DNA from: Amoebophrya sp. A120
Taxonomy: Eukaryota > Protista > Dinoflagellata
Direction: 5' to 3'
Assembly (NCBI GenBank): GCA_905178155.1
Contig: CAJINV010000001.1
Span: forward strand, 2,718,089 to 2,782,088
Length of the DNA stretch: 64,000 nucleotides
Program-made: the position numbers and the translations under genes
Shown: piece by piece, positions 33,794-44,817 of the stretch
Position numbering within the stretch: the stretch's first letter is position 1
Layout: each line of letters begins with the position of its first letter
The notes under the pieces: generated by a model
The model's input: only the letters and a program-made list of their open reading frames with translations
Databases searched by the model: none
What the model was told of the DNA's origin: nothing

Positions 33794-36700
33794 ATGAAGG
33801 CCCACGAAGAGATCGACATGGCGGAGCAGGAGGAGAAGCAGAGTTTGCTTCGCACCCCAGGAGGCGCCAGCACGAACGCCGACGGGGTGAGCCAGTCGAA
33901 CCAGTCTAGCGTGTTGCTCATTGACGAACACTATCAAATGCAAAAATGTCTGGGTCTGGAAGAGTGCATGTTTGTCATGCTTGTGTGGCATGATTCTCAA
34001 ATCTGTCATGCACGTTACCCAAGAGCGCCATTTTTCTGTCATGCAGAAACGCAGTTTGTCATGCAGAATAGGCAACACCTAGAAGCTCAGAAACTTGTCA
34101 TGCTGAGCCAGCACTTGTGGCCTCCTCATGATAAGCCACGCAGCATCACAAGTTTCCAGACCCAGACATTTTTACATTTGATAAACCCCCCCACGAGGGC
34201 ACTGCTAGTGGGAGCCCGGTCGACGTAGACAAGTATTCCATTGTCGGGACGGCCAGGCGGCGCACGTCGTCAGAGCTCATTGCCTTCACCATGTTCAATT
34301 TCCCGTTCGGAGCGGTGCTGGGCTGCAGTGTCACGTTGCTCTCGCTGGAATCCGAAAAGCTCGCGCCGGAGAATAGCAGTGTATATATCATAAAGTCGGC
34401 TATTGAAGATTATACTTACCCATGCTACCCTGGCTAGTGAACCCAGTATCTTGAAGATCGTCTCATTACCTCTAGTTTCTTTCCCATTCGATCCAATGCC
34501 AGTTAAATTTATCGTATGTACATCAAAACAGTTGATGCTCGGGCTTTTCTGCATCATGGCCGGTCTGGCGCAGTTGGTGTGCCTATGAAATGCAAATATG
34601 TCTGGGTCTGGAAGAACAATGCAAGATTTGTGATGCAGGTTTTCCATGACCCATGAGGTCTGGAATGCGAGACCCAGCATGACAGATTGTTTGAGGTCTC
34701 TATCATGCCTTTCCTGCACGAGAGACGCCCTCTCAACGTGGTCAAAAGCGGACAGCTTTTGGTACTGACGCAACACAGATTTTTGCATCATTCAGATTTA
34801 GCATGACAAGTTCTAATCTTCCAGACCCAGACATTTTTCCATTTGATAGTGCCCCCCACTCGGCAAACTGTCGGATCGGTGCCGCTCGGTGTACGGGAAG
34901 CGCCGCCCCTACATGACGATGTTCTATCAACTGCGAAGATAATGTCTGGGTCTGGAACAAGCTTGCCAGACAGAGATTTGTAATGCTGAATCCGAATTAA
35001 AGTGCAGTCATGTCATGGAATTGGAAAAATGACACTGCCTGTGTTTGTCACGCAAAAACGGGATAATTTTGCGTGCGGGTTCTTGCTGGGGTAGTAGTGC
35101 ACTACGCAACCGCTCAGAACAAGTTTCTCATGCGTGGCTGCATACTGTTACTGGAGCAGTTAGCTTGTCACCCATATGCAAGTGGCCTCACAACTTTCCG
35201 GACACAGACATGTGATTTGCACTGCATTATCAAGAGGAAAAATCCCCCCTCCCCACACCGAAAAGGTATGTTTCCGAAAATTTGTGTTGCTGATTTGAGG
35301 TCACAAATCACATTTGTCTTGCAAGAAGACAAAGGCAGATGCTTCCGCCCCATTATGGAAGCGATTTGTCATGCTGTTGCGCCTAAAGGGGAGCCGTTTG
35401 CCATGCTGAGCAACTAGACCCATACGCCCCTACCTACCCTGGGGATCTGGCCGCAGTGCCTCTCCAGCAAGACAAACCTGATTTGTGTACACAAATCCAG
35501 CATCAGAAATTCCGTTTTGATATGGGGAGGGGGGATTTTTCCTTTCGATATGCATATGCTCACCTTTCCAACGATCTTCGCGTTCTTCCTGATGTGGCAC
35601 TGCTCGCTGGAGAAGAATCTGGTCGGGTATGTCCTTTCGCTTCTTCTGATGATGATCTGCATCTCCGCGGCGCAGACCGCCTCCCTCGGCATCATTGCGG
35701 ACCTGGTCTCTCCGGAGCAGCGCGGCGAGGCCAGCGGGTACAGTGGCGCCAGCTGGCTCTTCGGCGCACTCGCCGGGAACTTCTTATCTTGCGTAAAAAC
35801 GTACGTCCACACCCCCGAGTCAGGATGGCGATTTTGCTACAAGCTTTTGCTGTTGCGCATGACCACGCGCAGTCTGTGAAGCATGACAAATCATCAAATA
35901 GCATCAGAAAATGCGGCTGCGCATGAGAAGCATTTTTTTGCATGCCACTTTGCACTACAAGTCTGTCTGGAGTGGGGCCACGTTTTTACACATGATACTT
36001 CTGTCTGCAGTCCGTGGCCTACGTGGATTTCCGGCTACTGTACGGGGTGATGGCGGTATCCCACGAAAAAACTGTTTCACTGTGATGATTTTGCAAGATT
36101 TGCATCACAAGTTTGTTAGAGCGGGGTAACAAACTCCAAAAGAGTAGTTGCAGGCCAACTTCTCATCCACCCGGCCGGGTGGATGAGAAGTTGGCCTGGA
36201 TGGCCTGTCCGCGTCGCCACTCCATATGGCTCCGCCCCGCCGTTCGTTCCCCCAGATCCCGGATCCCCCAGAGCGTTCGTCTATCTGCAAACACAAATCT
36301 TCACTCTCCACCCAGAAAACACTCCCACCACCCCATGAGTTTACATATACAGTTTCTATGAAATGCAATACAGAAGATGCAACTTTCTCTATATATATAA
36401 TGCAGCTTCAAACTCAAATCTCTATATTGAAAATCTGCACGCGCACGTGCAAGAGTGCAGGGCTGGCGTTTTCTGGTGGTTGGTGGTTGCGAGTATGTGC
36501 AGAAGAGAGGCGAGTATGTGCAGAGGAGTGGCTGGTGGTTCCGAGCAGTCGAGTGCGGTTTGGTTGCGAGATAAACCGTGGCACCGCGTGGCGAGATAAA
36601 CCGTGGCTACGACATACGCGTGGCGAGCCCGTGGCTGGTCGGTTCGGAGCCCGTGGGTGGCTTACTTGGTTGCGACATCAGCCCGTCGCTAGTCGTCTCG

Positions 36701-39700
36701 TTGGTCGGTTGCGACATAAACCAGACTCGCAACCCGGAGGGCAAGTCGCAACCTACCGCTGTAGAAGAAGCGCCGCCTCTATCTCTGAAGAAGCCGATGG
36801 ACATCCAGCAGGCTATTGGAGTAGACCGCCCGCTTCTGTCTCTGTCCAAATACGGGGCCCCGAAAGAACAAGCATGGGGGGACAGACGGCAGCACACTGC
36901 TGCTGTCGAGGGTGGTCGAGTCTCGGCTGGTACTTAGAGATCCGCTATCGCGCTCCGTGGTGGTTTATTCATTTCTGTCCTTTTTATTCTCGTACTGCTT
37001 CCAGAAACAGGAGCGCGCTCTCCTTCTCCTGAGTGCCACAAGCAAAAGCCTTGCACTTAGGCTTCTCGAATCACGACGGCACGGCGTGCCCTGGTTTATG
37101 TCGCAACCGACCAACGAGGCGACGGGTAACCAAGTTTATGTCGCAACCCACCAGGTAAGGTAGTCCAACCACGCCACAGTTTATCTCGCCGCCAAGGAAA
37201 CCCGGATCTCGCAACCAAAAACCAAACCACCACCAAAAAAGCGCCAGCCTTCAAGGTGTGCTTGAAGCTCTTCCGTACTCACTCGATACATTCGCGACCA
37301 CCAACCACCACACTGTATACTCGCAACCACCAACCACCAGAAAACGCCAGCCCCACACTCTTGCGCGTGCAGTTATATACAGAGACTTGAAATTGTAACT
37401 CTAGTTGCATTATAGCAGCTTGCGTCTTCTGTATTGCATTTATAGAAACTGGCGTCTCTTCTGTGTTGCGTTTGAAAATAGGAGCTAGTGCCTGTCGTGT
37501 TGTATATGCAAATTTATGGTGTGGTGGGAGTGTTTTCTGGGAGAATGAGTTAATGTTTGCAGATACACGACCGTTCCGGGGGATCCGGGATCTGGGGCAA
37601 CGACGGGACGGAGCCGGATGGGCTGGCGACGCGGACAGGCCAACCAGGCCAACTTCTCATCCACCCGGCCGGGTGGATGAGAAGTTGGCCTGCAACTACT
37701 CTTTTGGAGTTTGTTACCCCGCTCTTACACATGACAAAGAAAACTTGGCATGCGTGCTTCCTAAGGGAAAACACAGCTAAAAATCCAATGTCTTGCATGT
37801 GTAGCAAGACAAACACATGTGCGTTCCGTTCTATGCATCACAAGTTTACAGTGAAACAGTTTTTTCTCGCGATAGGCGGCTACTTTGTTTATGTCCTGGC
37901 TGGTGATGATGGGCATCGTCGCGGAGCGCGACACGAGCAAGGACCCCGAGGTGAAGAACCGGGGCGCGAAGCTTTGGGAAGATATGCATTGCAAATTTAT
38001 CTGGTTCTGGTAGATTGCGGAATTTGTCGTGCTAGTCTGGCATGACTCTGAGCTCTGTATTGCGTGGCCGCGTGGATTCCTCGTGCCTGTCATGCAAAAA
38101 CGCACCGGCCTATCATGCGGGATAGTACGCAACGCAGAATGAACCACGGAAAAACTTGTCGTGGTTTTTGGCAGCGCATGATTGCTTCCAGCGTGCTCAC
38201 TATGTATTCCTTTCCTTGCATTTCACCATCCCAGACCCAAAGATTATATTTGCACCTGATAAAGGAGTTCCTGGACTGTTTCACGCTGGATACCAGCCAG
38301 GGCTACGACTTCGCGTTTGTGGTACTGGGCCGCACGTTCTACTACTGCAGCGTCTCTTCCCAGGCGTTCATCTTTTTCTACATTCGGGACTTCCTCACCG
38401 CGGACCGGCACCGTATCACCTACAATCTGGCCGGCGTAGCCATCATCAGCTACTGCATCGCGGTCATTGGCGCCTCGACCGGGGGGGCCCTGTCGGACCG
38501 CCCGGGGTACGGGCGGAAACGGATGGTGTACCTGTCCTGCATCGTTATGTGCGTCAGCTGCGGGATGCTGTTGCTGTTCCCCTACGTGGTCAACGGAAAC
38601 TTTGCCCTGCCGAAAACGGTGGAATTCCGCCAATTTCCCAAAATGGCGCTCGACCCGGAGGAGGAGCGAACGGAGTAAGTAGTTTTCGCTGCTTGTTCCT
38701 TGGACTGCAGTTGTTTTCGAGATTTTGATATTGATTCTGCCACTTCCTTGCACCTGCGCGTTTCTGCACATTACATGCCTAAAGAAGATGCCCTGTAGTC
38801 CTTGTGAGTTCTTCCAGAACCTCGAATAAATGCAGGTTCCTCATTCCGTCTGGGGACAGTGACGATGACGGCCCTGCGGGCGTAAAAACCCTGAACTTTC
38901 AAACCCTTGCCCATTTCGTTTCTGACAAGCTCCACTTCGAAAAGTTGAAACAAAGCGTCTTGAGTATTACATGGAAAAATGTCCCCACCCCCAGAGTTGC
39001 AATAATTTGTGATGCGAAGTTTCCAAATGAAAACTTTTTGTCATGCATGAAAGGAATATGAATCTTTGTGATGCAGAGTCTAGGCGTATATAGCATTGCT
39101 TGCATGACAAGCGCCGCTCTTGCTGGGATCTTTTGCAATACAAATTTTCGCTATTCACGACTAGAAATCTGTGATGCTGCTAGATGCAAGAGGGCGAGTG
39201 TTTCTCTTGGAAAGGTTTGCAATACAAATGCTCCCAAGTCCGGGGATGGGGGCACTTTTCACTGCGATATTGAACTTCCTTCATTCCATCGAAGACCCGT
39301 CGCAGCGAGAACTGAGGGGCTGGTAAGAAAGTTATTTATTTTCATCGCTGCGGCTAATAATGCTTATTGTGCTTATCTATGGTATCAGATTTGCTTTACC
39401 ATAGTACTCCAGACCTCCGATTCTGTCGTTTCTTGGCACGATAATTCTTTATCAAAGATTGTCTCTACTCCACGTCCACTTTCCAGGGGTTACATTTTTG
39501 CGACCGCCATGGTCTATGCCTTGGGAAACGGGGCGTTTTCGGCTGTAGACTACGCACTGGCGTTGGATACACTTCCTAACAAGAACGCGGCGACGCAGAA
39601 CCTTGGATTTTGGTCCATCTCGCACTTCATCGGGTTTGCGGTCGGCCCGGCGGTGTATGGCGTGCTCCTTCGTGGCACCGCGCAATTTTCCACCTCCGTT

Positions 39701-39817
39701 GAGGCCAACGACCCGGCAAATTTCGCCTACACGGGCTACGCCCTGGTGTACTTCACCGCGATGCTCTTCCAGTTGATCTGCGCGCTCTTGGTTTTCAAGG
39801 TGAAAGGAAGCACCTGA
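33794..39817 (+). CDS. Major facilitator superfamily (MFS) transporter, 11 exons
   Basis: The reconstructed protein has motif A GKLSDRCRSVYGKRRPY, IIADLVSPEQRGEASG, GALSDRPGYGRKR and AVDYALALDTLP. It is interrupted by seven TIR-element introns and three GT-AG introns (34381-34531, 38675-38835, 39323-39486). Confidence 0.92.
33932..34183. mobile_element. TAT...ATA introner-like element, family A (252 bp), TSD AACAC/AACCC
   Basis: 5' TATCAAATGCAAAAATGTCTGGGTCTGGAA and 3' TTCCAGACCCAGACATTTTTACATTTGATA. Confidence 0.92.
34584..34848. mobile_element. TAT...ATA introner-like element, family A (265 bp), TSD GTGCC
   Basis: 5' TATGAAATGCAAATATGTCTGGGTCTGGAAG and 3' CTTCCAGACCCAGACATTTTTCCATTTGATA; removal gives QLVCPPLGKLSDR. 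Confidence 0.93.
34925..35556. mobile_element. Family A introner-like element (outer) containing a nested element, TSD TGTTC/TGCTC
   Basis: 5' TATCAACTGCGAAGATAATGTCTGGGTCTGG; the 3' TIR CCGGACACAGACATGTGATTTGCACTGCAT..A is split by the inner element; removal gives RRPYMTMF|TFPTIFAFF. Confidence 0.87.
35228..35550. mobile_element. Nested TAT...ATA element, family E (323 bp), TSD TGCAT
   Basis: 5' TATCAAGAGGAAAAATCCCCCCTCCCCA and 3' TGGGGAGGGGGGATTTTTCCTTTCGATA; TGCAT at 35223-35227 and 35551-35555. Confidence 0.9.
35785..35997. mobile_element. TAT...ATA introner-like element, family B (213 bp), TSD CTTCT
   Basis: 5' TATCTTGCGTAAAAACGT and 3' ACGTTTTTACACATGATA; CTTCT at 35780-35784 and 35998-36002; removal gives LAGNFCLQSVAY. 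Confidence 0.9.
36119..37724. mobile_element. Non-autonomous foldback/MITE-like DNA transposon with TTA TSD (PIF/Harbinger-like signature), 1606 bp
   Basis: Termini GAGCGGGGTAACAAACTCCAAAAGAGTAGTTGCAGG... and ...CCTGCAACTACTCTTTTGGAGTTTGTTACCCCGCTC; TTA at 36116-36118 and 37725-37727; imperfect inverted arms of roughly 600 bp; no transposase ORF. Confidence 0.85.
36151..36198. repeat. Perfect 48-bp palindrome (second copy at 37645-37692)
   Basis: CAGGCCAACTTCTCATCCACCCGG-CCGGGTGGATGAGAAGTTGGCCTG is self-complementary and identical in both arms. Confidence 0.95.
37983..38261. mobile_element. Degenerate family A introner-like element (279 bp), TSD GAAGA/AAGGA
   Basis: 5' TATGCATTGCAAATTTATCTGGTTCTGG and 3' CCAGACCCAAAGATTATATTTGCACCTGATA; removal gives AKLW[E/K]EFLDCF. 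Confidence 0.82.
38965..39269. mobile_element. Family B introner-like element (305 bp), TSD TTGAG/TTGAA
   Basis: 5' TATTACATGGAAAAATGTCCCCACCCCC and 3' GGGGATGGGGGCACTTTTCACTGCGATA; removal gives KQSVL[S/N]FLHSIEDP. Confidence 0.85.
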
Positions 39818-42800
39818 TAAGCTGTACTACTGGGGAACAGTTGCAAGATCACACGGAAGATGCAGGTGGACCACCGGAACTGGCTTTGAATACCATCAAG
39901 ACGTGCAAGTAGGTACCACGTCGCGGAGCTTTTTTTGGGCATGGAGGTCGCTGTGGACTTCCAAAAGACGAGAACTAATTGCAGAACTTCCGGATGACCA
40001 CGATGAGGCATCTTCGGCAGGGACCGACGTGTGGTACTAGTCCGTCAAGCCGTTTTTCGCACATTCCGAGCCGGCGATGCAGTACGACATTGTGCGATGG
40101 GAGCTGACTTCTACGCAGGACGTGGCTGTCGGGCCGCAGGATATTGACAAGGAAGAAGCAGTCTCGAGCACCCTGCTGCGCAACTGATGAGAAAGCACAG
40201 AAAGCTGCACAAGGCAGCTTGCAACTTGCGTCAAGAAGAACAGCGGGCAATATGGCTCTGGTAGCGGATTTTGACATTGAATGGAGGTGGTGGAGTCCGC
40301 GCGCGCGGTTCGCGCGACCAGGCGAGTTGCACATGCCACTACAGGCCACTTTGATGTAGCTTCGTTCGTGTGGCGTCGCCTTTGAGCCCACTTCAATCGA
40401 AAAACATTGAATAACTGTACCCTATCACAGAGCTTGTGCTTCTTAATGAGTTTGCTTCTGCTCCTCTTTGCCTTGCGTATTTTCCGCTATTAAGACAACG
40501 AATTTTGGGTATGCTCATTCGCAGCACAAACTGGGCAACTGGAACTACATACTTCGAAGACACGACTGAAAGAAGATAGACAGACGAGTAGATGGGACCG
40601 CGAGCTACAACAAGAAGTAGTCAGAACATGTCGGATGAAGAACTTTGAAAAAAATTGAAGTCCTCTCTCAGTAGAAAAACTCAGGATGATTTTCTACGAG
40701 AATGCACAGGACGAGGATGCCAGAAGAATTGAACCTCGCCATGAGTGTGAGTTGCAGCTGTTCTATTCAAAGAAGCTATTAGTGTTTTCTGTGGGGGGAG
40801 CCGAGTGCTAACGTGTTGCGTTTCGCCAACACACTTTTCTCACTTACGCCGCTGCGATATGGAAAGCGTTCCCAGACCCATGTAAGGGGCGATGAGCTTA
40901 CAGCACAAATCAACGAAGAAACGAGATGAGCGAACCAGTTGGAGGAGGAAGCCACACCCTACGTGTGGCTCCTTTTCTCATCGTGTGTGAGTGAGTGCAT
41001 TGATCTCATAGTAGTGAAAAAAGCTACTTACTTAGATAGAATACTGCGAGCGCTTTTTCGAAAAGTCAGCCTCTTCGACTGCAGTGATTGCGTTGAATTG
41101 TAGGAGTATTGCGGTTCGTGGCCGCCTCGGCGCCGACTAACGAGCGGAAGTGTTTGCGTTGTCCGTTTCGACACGGCGCGGCCTGCGTTCGCAGATGGCG
41201 AGCAATTTCATGGCTGTCCCGAGCGCCTTGGCGTTAGATGCCAATATCTTCGCAACGGAGCCGCCCAAGAGGACGCCGCCCGGCCGTCGCGCCTTCGTTC
41301 CCGGATGCGGGAGCCTGCGGGCGCCACCGCTGTGCTCTTCCCCGTGGCAGCCCCTTCGGCGCTTGCCGCCCGGGGCTGGGCTCGGCTCGCCGCCTTGCGG
41401 GCCTTCCCTAACGACGGAGCCGCAGGAGCGCGCAGGCACGCCAGTCCTAATGGGCCGGCTGGGCGCAGCAGGTGCGGACCAGCGGACTCAGCCCCGTGGG
41501 GCTCCGCGGCCGCCTCGTTTCCCAACGAGGGGCCCGCGCCTCGCCGTCCCGCCTGCGTGGCTGGCGCGTCCCTGTCAGCTCCTCGGTGTAAGCATGTAAT
41601 AGTAAGCGTTGCGCTTGCGCCTGGTTCGTTTTGTCAGAGGTGAGCCCAGGTAGACGAGTGATGCGCCGCCGCGCTTTGGTGTGTGAGCGTCGCCGTCGCT
41701 GGCCGAACGGCTGACGCATGACGGACGTCGTCCTGCTGCACTCATTGGTTTTGTTCGATTGTCGGACCTGCCGTGCGCCCGCTTCAAATCATCGCCCTGG
41801 TCGTTTCTGCCTGGTCCGAGTTTTTGGCGCCAGTGGCTGCGGTGTTCACACGTTATCAGACGTTTTTTCAGAAAAACAGAATCCTTGCCAAGTGTGCCGG
41901 GCCATATTTTCAATGCCTAGCTGCAATGAGGGCGCGCCGGTGTGAGATTTAGCAAGGCTATGAGAGCTGACGCACAACGTCGACGTCAGGCATTATCGGG
42001 GCGACGTATGTCTGTGCAATTGCGGCTCATATTATGCATAGCTCGGCGAGACTTGCCGTGATTTGTCTGAGAGTCATTACAAGACCCCAGCATTAGATTT
42101 GGATGTGGCTGACTGCTGCAGCGAGCATGAGCGAATGAATTATAGTAAGTGTCGACGAGGGCAAGAAACGACCTTTTGAGTCGTGTATGGAGACGGTAGT
42201 AACAGCTGTTGCAAGAAACTGCTGGGTGTGGACGTTCGCGTCCGGATGTATCACGATCTATCAGGAATACTTATCTGTCTGATGGAACAAGAGAAAAAGC
42301 TGCGCGGCATCAACTAGCGAGCAGACACAAACATGCGCAATCATGGTGGTTCATCGGCTTGAGTTGTTCGTTGGGTTGTCCCTACAGCTTCGCAACTGCG
42401 AGACGAGCCGCGAGTGGCGGCCGTGGGTTTTGCCAACGAACTGCGCCGCTGGATGTTGGCGCCTTTTTGGCGCCTCCCGCGATGGCCGGCGACATCCCGG
42501 CCGGTTGCTTTTGGCCGGGGCAAAAAACGCAAACGCGGAAATTGAGTTGGACGCGACAACTAATGTTGTGTTCGACGAATGGCCAGGAGATAGACGACGC
42601 CGGGGCCATTCAGGTGCGCCGTCTCTTCGCCGCTCTGTCTGTGTACTTAGTCGCCGCGCCGCGTACGGCCGCGGTTTTGTTGCCTGTAGCAGGACAAAGG
42701 CAGCGCCTGCCACCGCCGGGGCGTGTGCCTTTTCGCCAGGGGTCTCCGGCATCCGGCGCAGGGGGGCAGGGCCCAATACTCCCGCCGGCCCTTCCGCGGA

Positions 42801-44817
42801 GGCGGCAGGCCCGCCGTAGCTCCGGAGCGCCGCCTGCCGGTGCGTTGGTTGCCGAGCGGGTTCGTGCCGGGTTGATACGAGCCCAGAGCAATCGGTCGCA
42901 GCCTCCATCGTCGAGTCCGCCGGGCCTCCTTGACCCGCGACTGGTGGCGCGCCCGCCAGGTGCCATGCCCTTCACAAAGGATCTGGGCCACCGTTCGCCG
43001 CCGCTATTTGTTAATGCTCGCCCGAAATGGAGGTCGCAGAGTGCGTCGATGTTCCATGTCTAAATGTGGACGCGTGGCTCACTGTGGCCGCTCTTGCAGC
43101 AGAAGTGTTCCTAGGAAAGCTGGCGCAGGCCTGAATGAGCATCGGCCTGCCAAGTCACGAATTACAGCAGTGAGAAGCTTGTGTGGTCTACAGTCTTTGC
43201 ACGTTATGTCGCACGTCTCGCTGATTATGGAATGGCTTCTGTTTCTGAGAACTGGAACAGGAGGATGACAGACTGCAACAGATGGTCAGTTGGATGAGAT
43301 GACTAACGACCGAGCTGAGCGATGTGTAAGGCCACGAGGTTGGCGTTGGCCATCTTATCACACAGGAGTCTTGTGTGTGTGTGTTTGTTGATGGAATCGC
43401 GTAGCTAGAGCAGCATATCATCCTGCATGCAATCATCTCGCAGGCCCGTTGTGTGCCTAAAGTAAGGCAAACATGTACTAACGGGCGCGCGTTCTTCGAA
43501 GCTTCGTCAAGAATGAGCAGAGCCGGGTCGCCATTTTCTGCAGGCCCGCCGGCGATGGCCACCGCGGGCGAGCCCCTGCTGCATGTGGGAGCAATTCCGG
43601 GCCGTCTGTGGTGGATCTTCAAACCCGACCAAGGGGGGGGGGCAGCTTTGGTGGATTCGTGCCGAGCTAGCGCAAGGCGACCGCGCGGAGGGCGTGCGCG
43701 AGCTCCAAAGCAACAAGACAAAAACATCGCCGAAAAACCGGTGGGAGTCTGTCAGTTGCGCCAGCGGGGGCGGACGCCGAGCGGAACACCCCCGCCAGCG
43801 GCCCCCCGCTCTGTTGTTGGGCTGGGCGGGAGGCTTGGGCCGTCCGGCAAGTGTGGAAGCGCGCGGCCGCAGGCCAGCGCCGCGCGCTCCTGGCGCTGTG
43901 TGTTTCTTTGCTGGCGTGCCGGCCCTCGCTAGTGGGCGCCCGCCGGCCGCACACACAGCCTGCCAACCTACCCTCAGTGGCCCTTGTTTCGTTCGGCTCC
44001 GAGGGGTCCCACATTCATTCCCCGTTGCCCGCGCGCAGGCGAAGCGCACGCCCCCCCGATACAGGTAGGCCGGCACACGTGGCGTGGCCAGCATGTCTGG
44101 GCGCCGGCCGGGCGGTTCGCTCGCTGCCAGGGTAAGCAGTATCTCCGGACGGCTGCCTTATATATTGAGAGGTGGAGGCAGCATTGCGCGTCTTGGTTTG
44201 ATCTGTCGTGCCAGCGGACGCCGGCCGGTCCTTCTAGAGCTGTAGTGCGCAATATGTAAAAAGAGGAGGCGTATCAGGTCGGTGCCCATGCTTTTGTCTG
44301 TGCGCGACCCCGTTAGCACGCAAGGGTGAGGCATGTCGCCTCTAGAAAAGTGCGTAGTGGTGAAGATAGGTGCGTTCAAAGCAAGAGGAGAAGGATGAGG
44401 AGCCGTGAGCTCCCCGGTGTTGCAAAACGTGCGTGCTCGTCTTTGCCGGATGGGTGCGCCGCTGATGTTTTCACTGCATTGACTCGACTGACGGCAACCA
44501 GTATCGTCGCTACCAAATAAGACACACCTCCCAATGCAGTGCGTTAGGCAGGAAGAGGGTTTCTTGGTTTTGTTTGTCAAGAATAAAGACCGATACTTGC
44601 TGCAGGTCGTGCTGTACAGCTGATATTGAATGATTCCGAGCAGACATGCACTTGCTTTCGCGGTTCTAGCTGTGTGACGACCACTGTAAACGCATTCGAA
44701 GCTTACGGGTAGCTGAGTTGCCGTCCTAGCGCGCGCCTCTAAGTCCATCTCTTGACGGGTTCTTCTTCGTACAGAGTTACGCAGCACATCCATCCTCGCG
44801 CACTATGAAAGGCACCG

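Larger units (their letters stand above)
36057..37874. mobile_element. Family C-like introner (about 209 bp once its insert is removed), expanded to 1818 bp by a nested foldback element; TSD GGCGG
   Basis: 5' TATCCCACGAAAAAACTGTTTCACTGT and 3' ACAGTGAAACAGTTTTTTCTCGCGATA; GGCGG at 36052-36056 and 37875-37879; removal gives YGVMAATLFMSW. Confidence 0.92.

Noticed and set aside
33698-34228. Recurring short ORFs in the elements (e.g. 'CKNVWVW', 'FQTQTFLHLI', 'FPDPDIFA') as a repeated protein family or transposase
   Set aside because: They are translations of the TIRs in different frames, have no catalytic motifs, and vary in frame between copies.
36151-37692. Palindromic repeats as a CRISPR array or REP elements
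   Set aside because: There are only two copies, in the inverted arms of one element, with no spacer series, no cas genes and a eukaryotic context.
39830-40400. Possible small gene or TE fragment downstream of the MFS gene
   Set aside because: I recognised no protein motif in the frames examined and found no terminal repeats.
41137-44259. Numerous 100-280 aa ORFs on both strands
   Set aside because: They are Arg/Pro/Gly/Ala-rich products of high GC content, overlap in all frames and carry no recognisable motifs.
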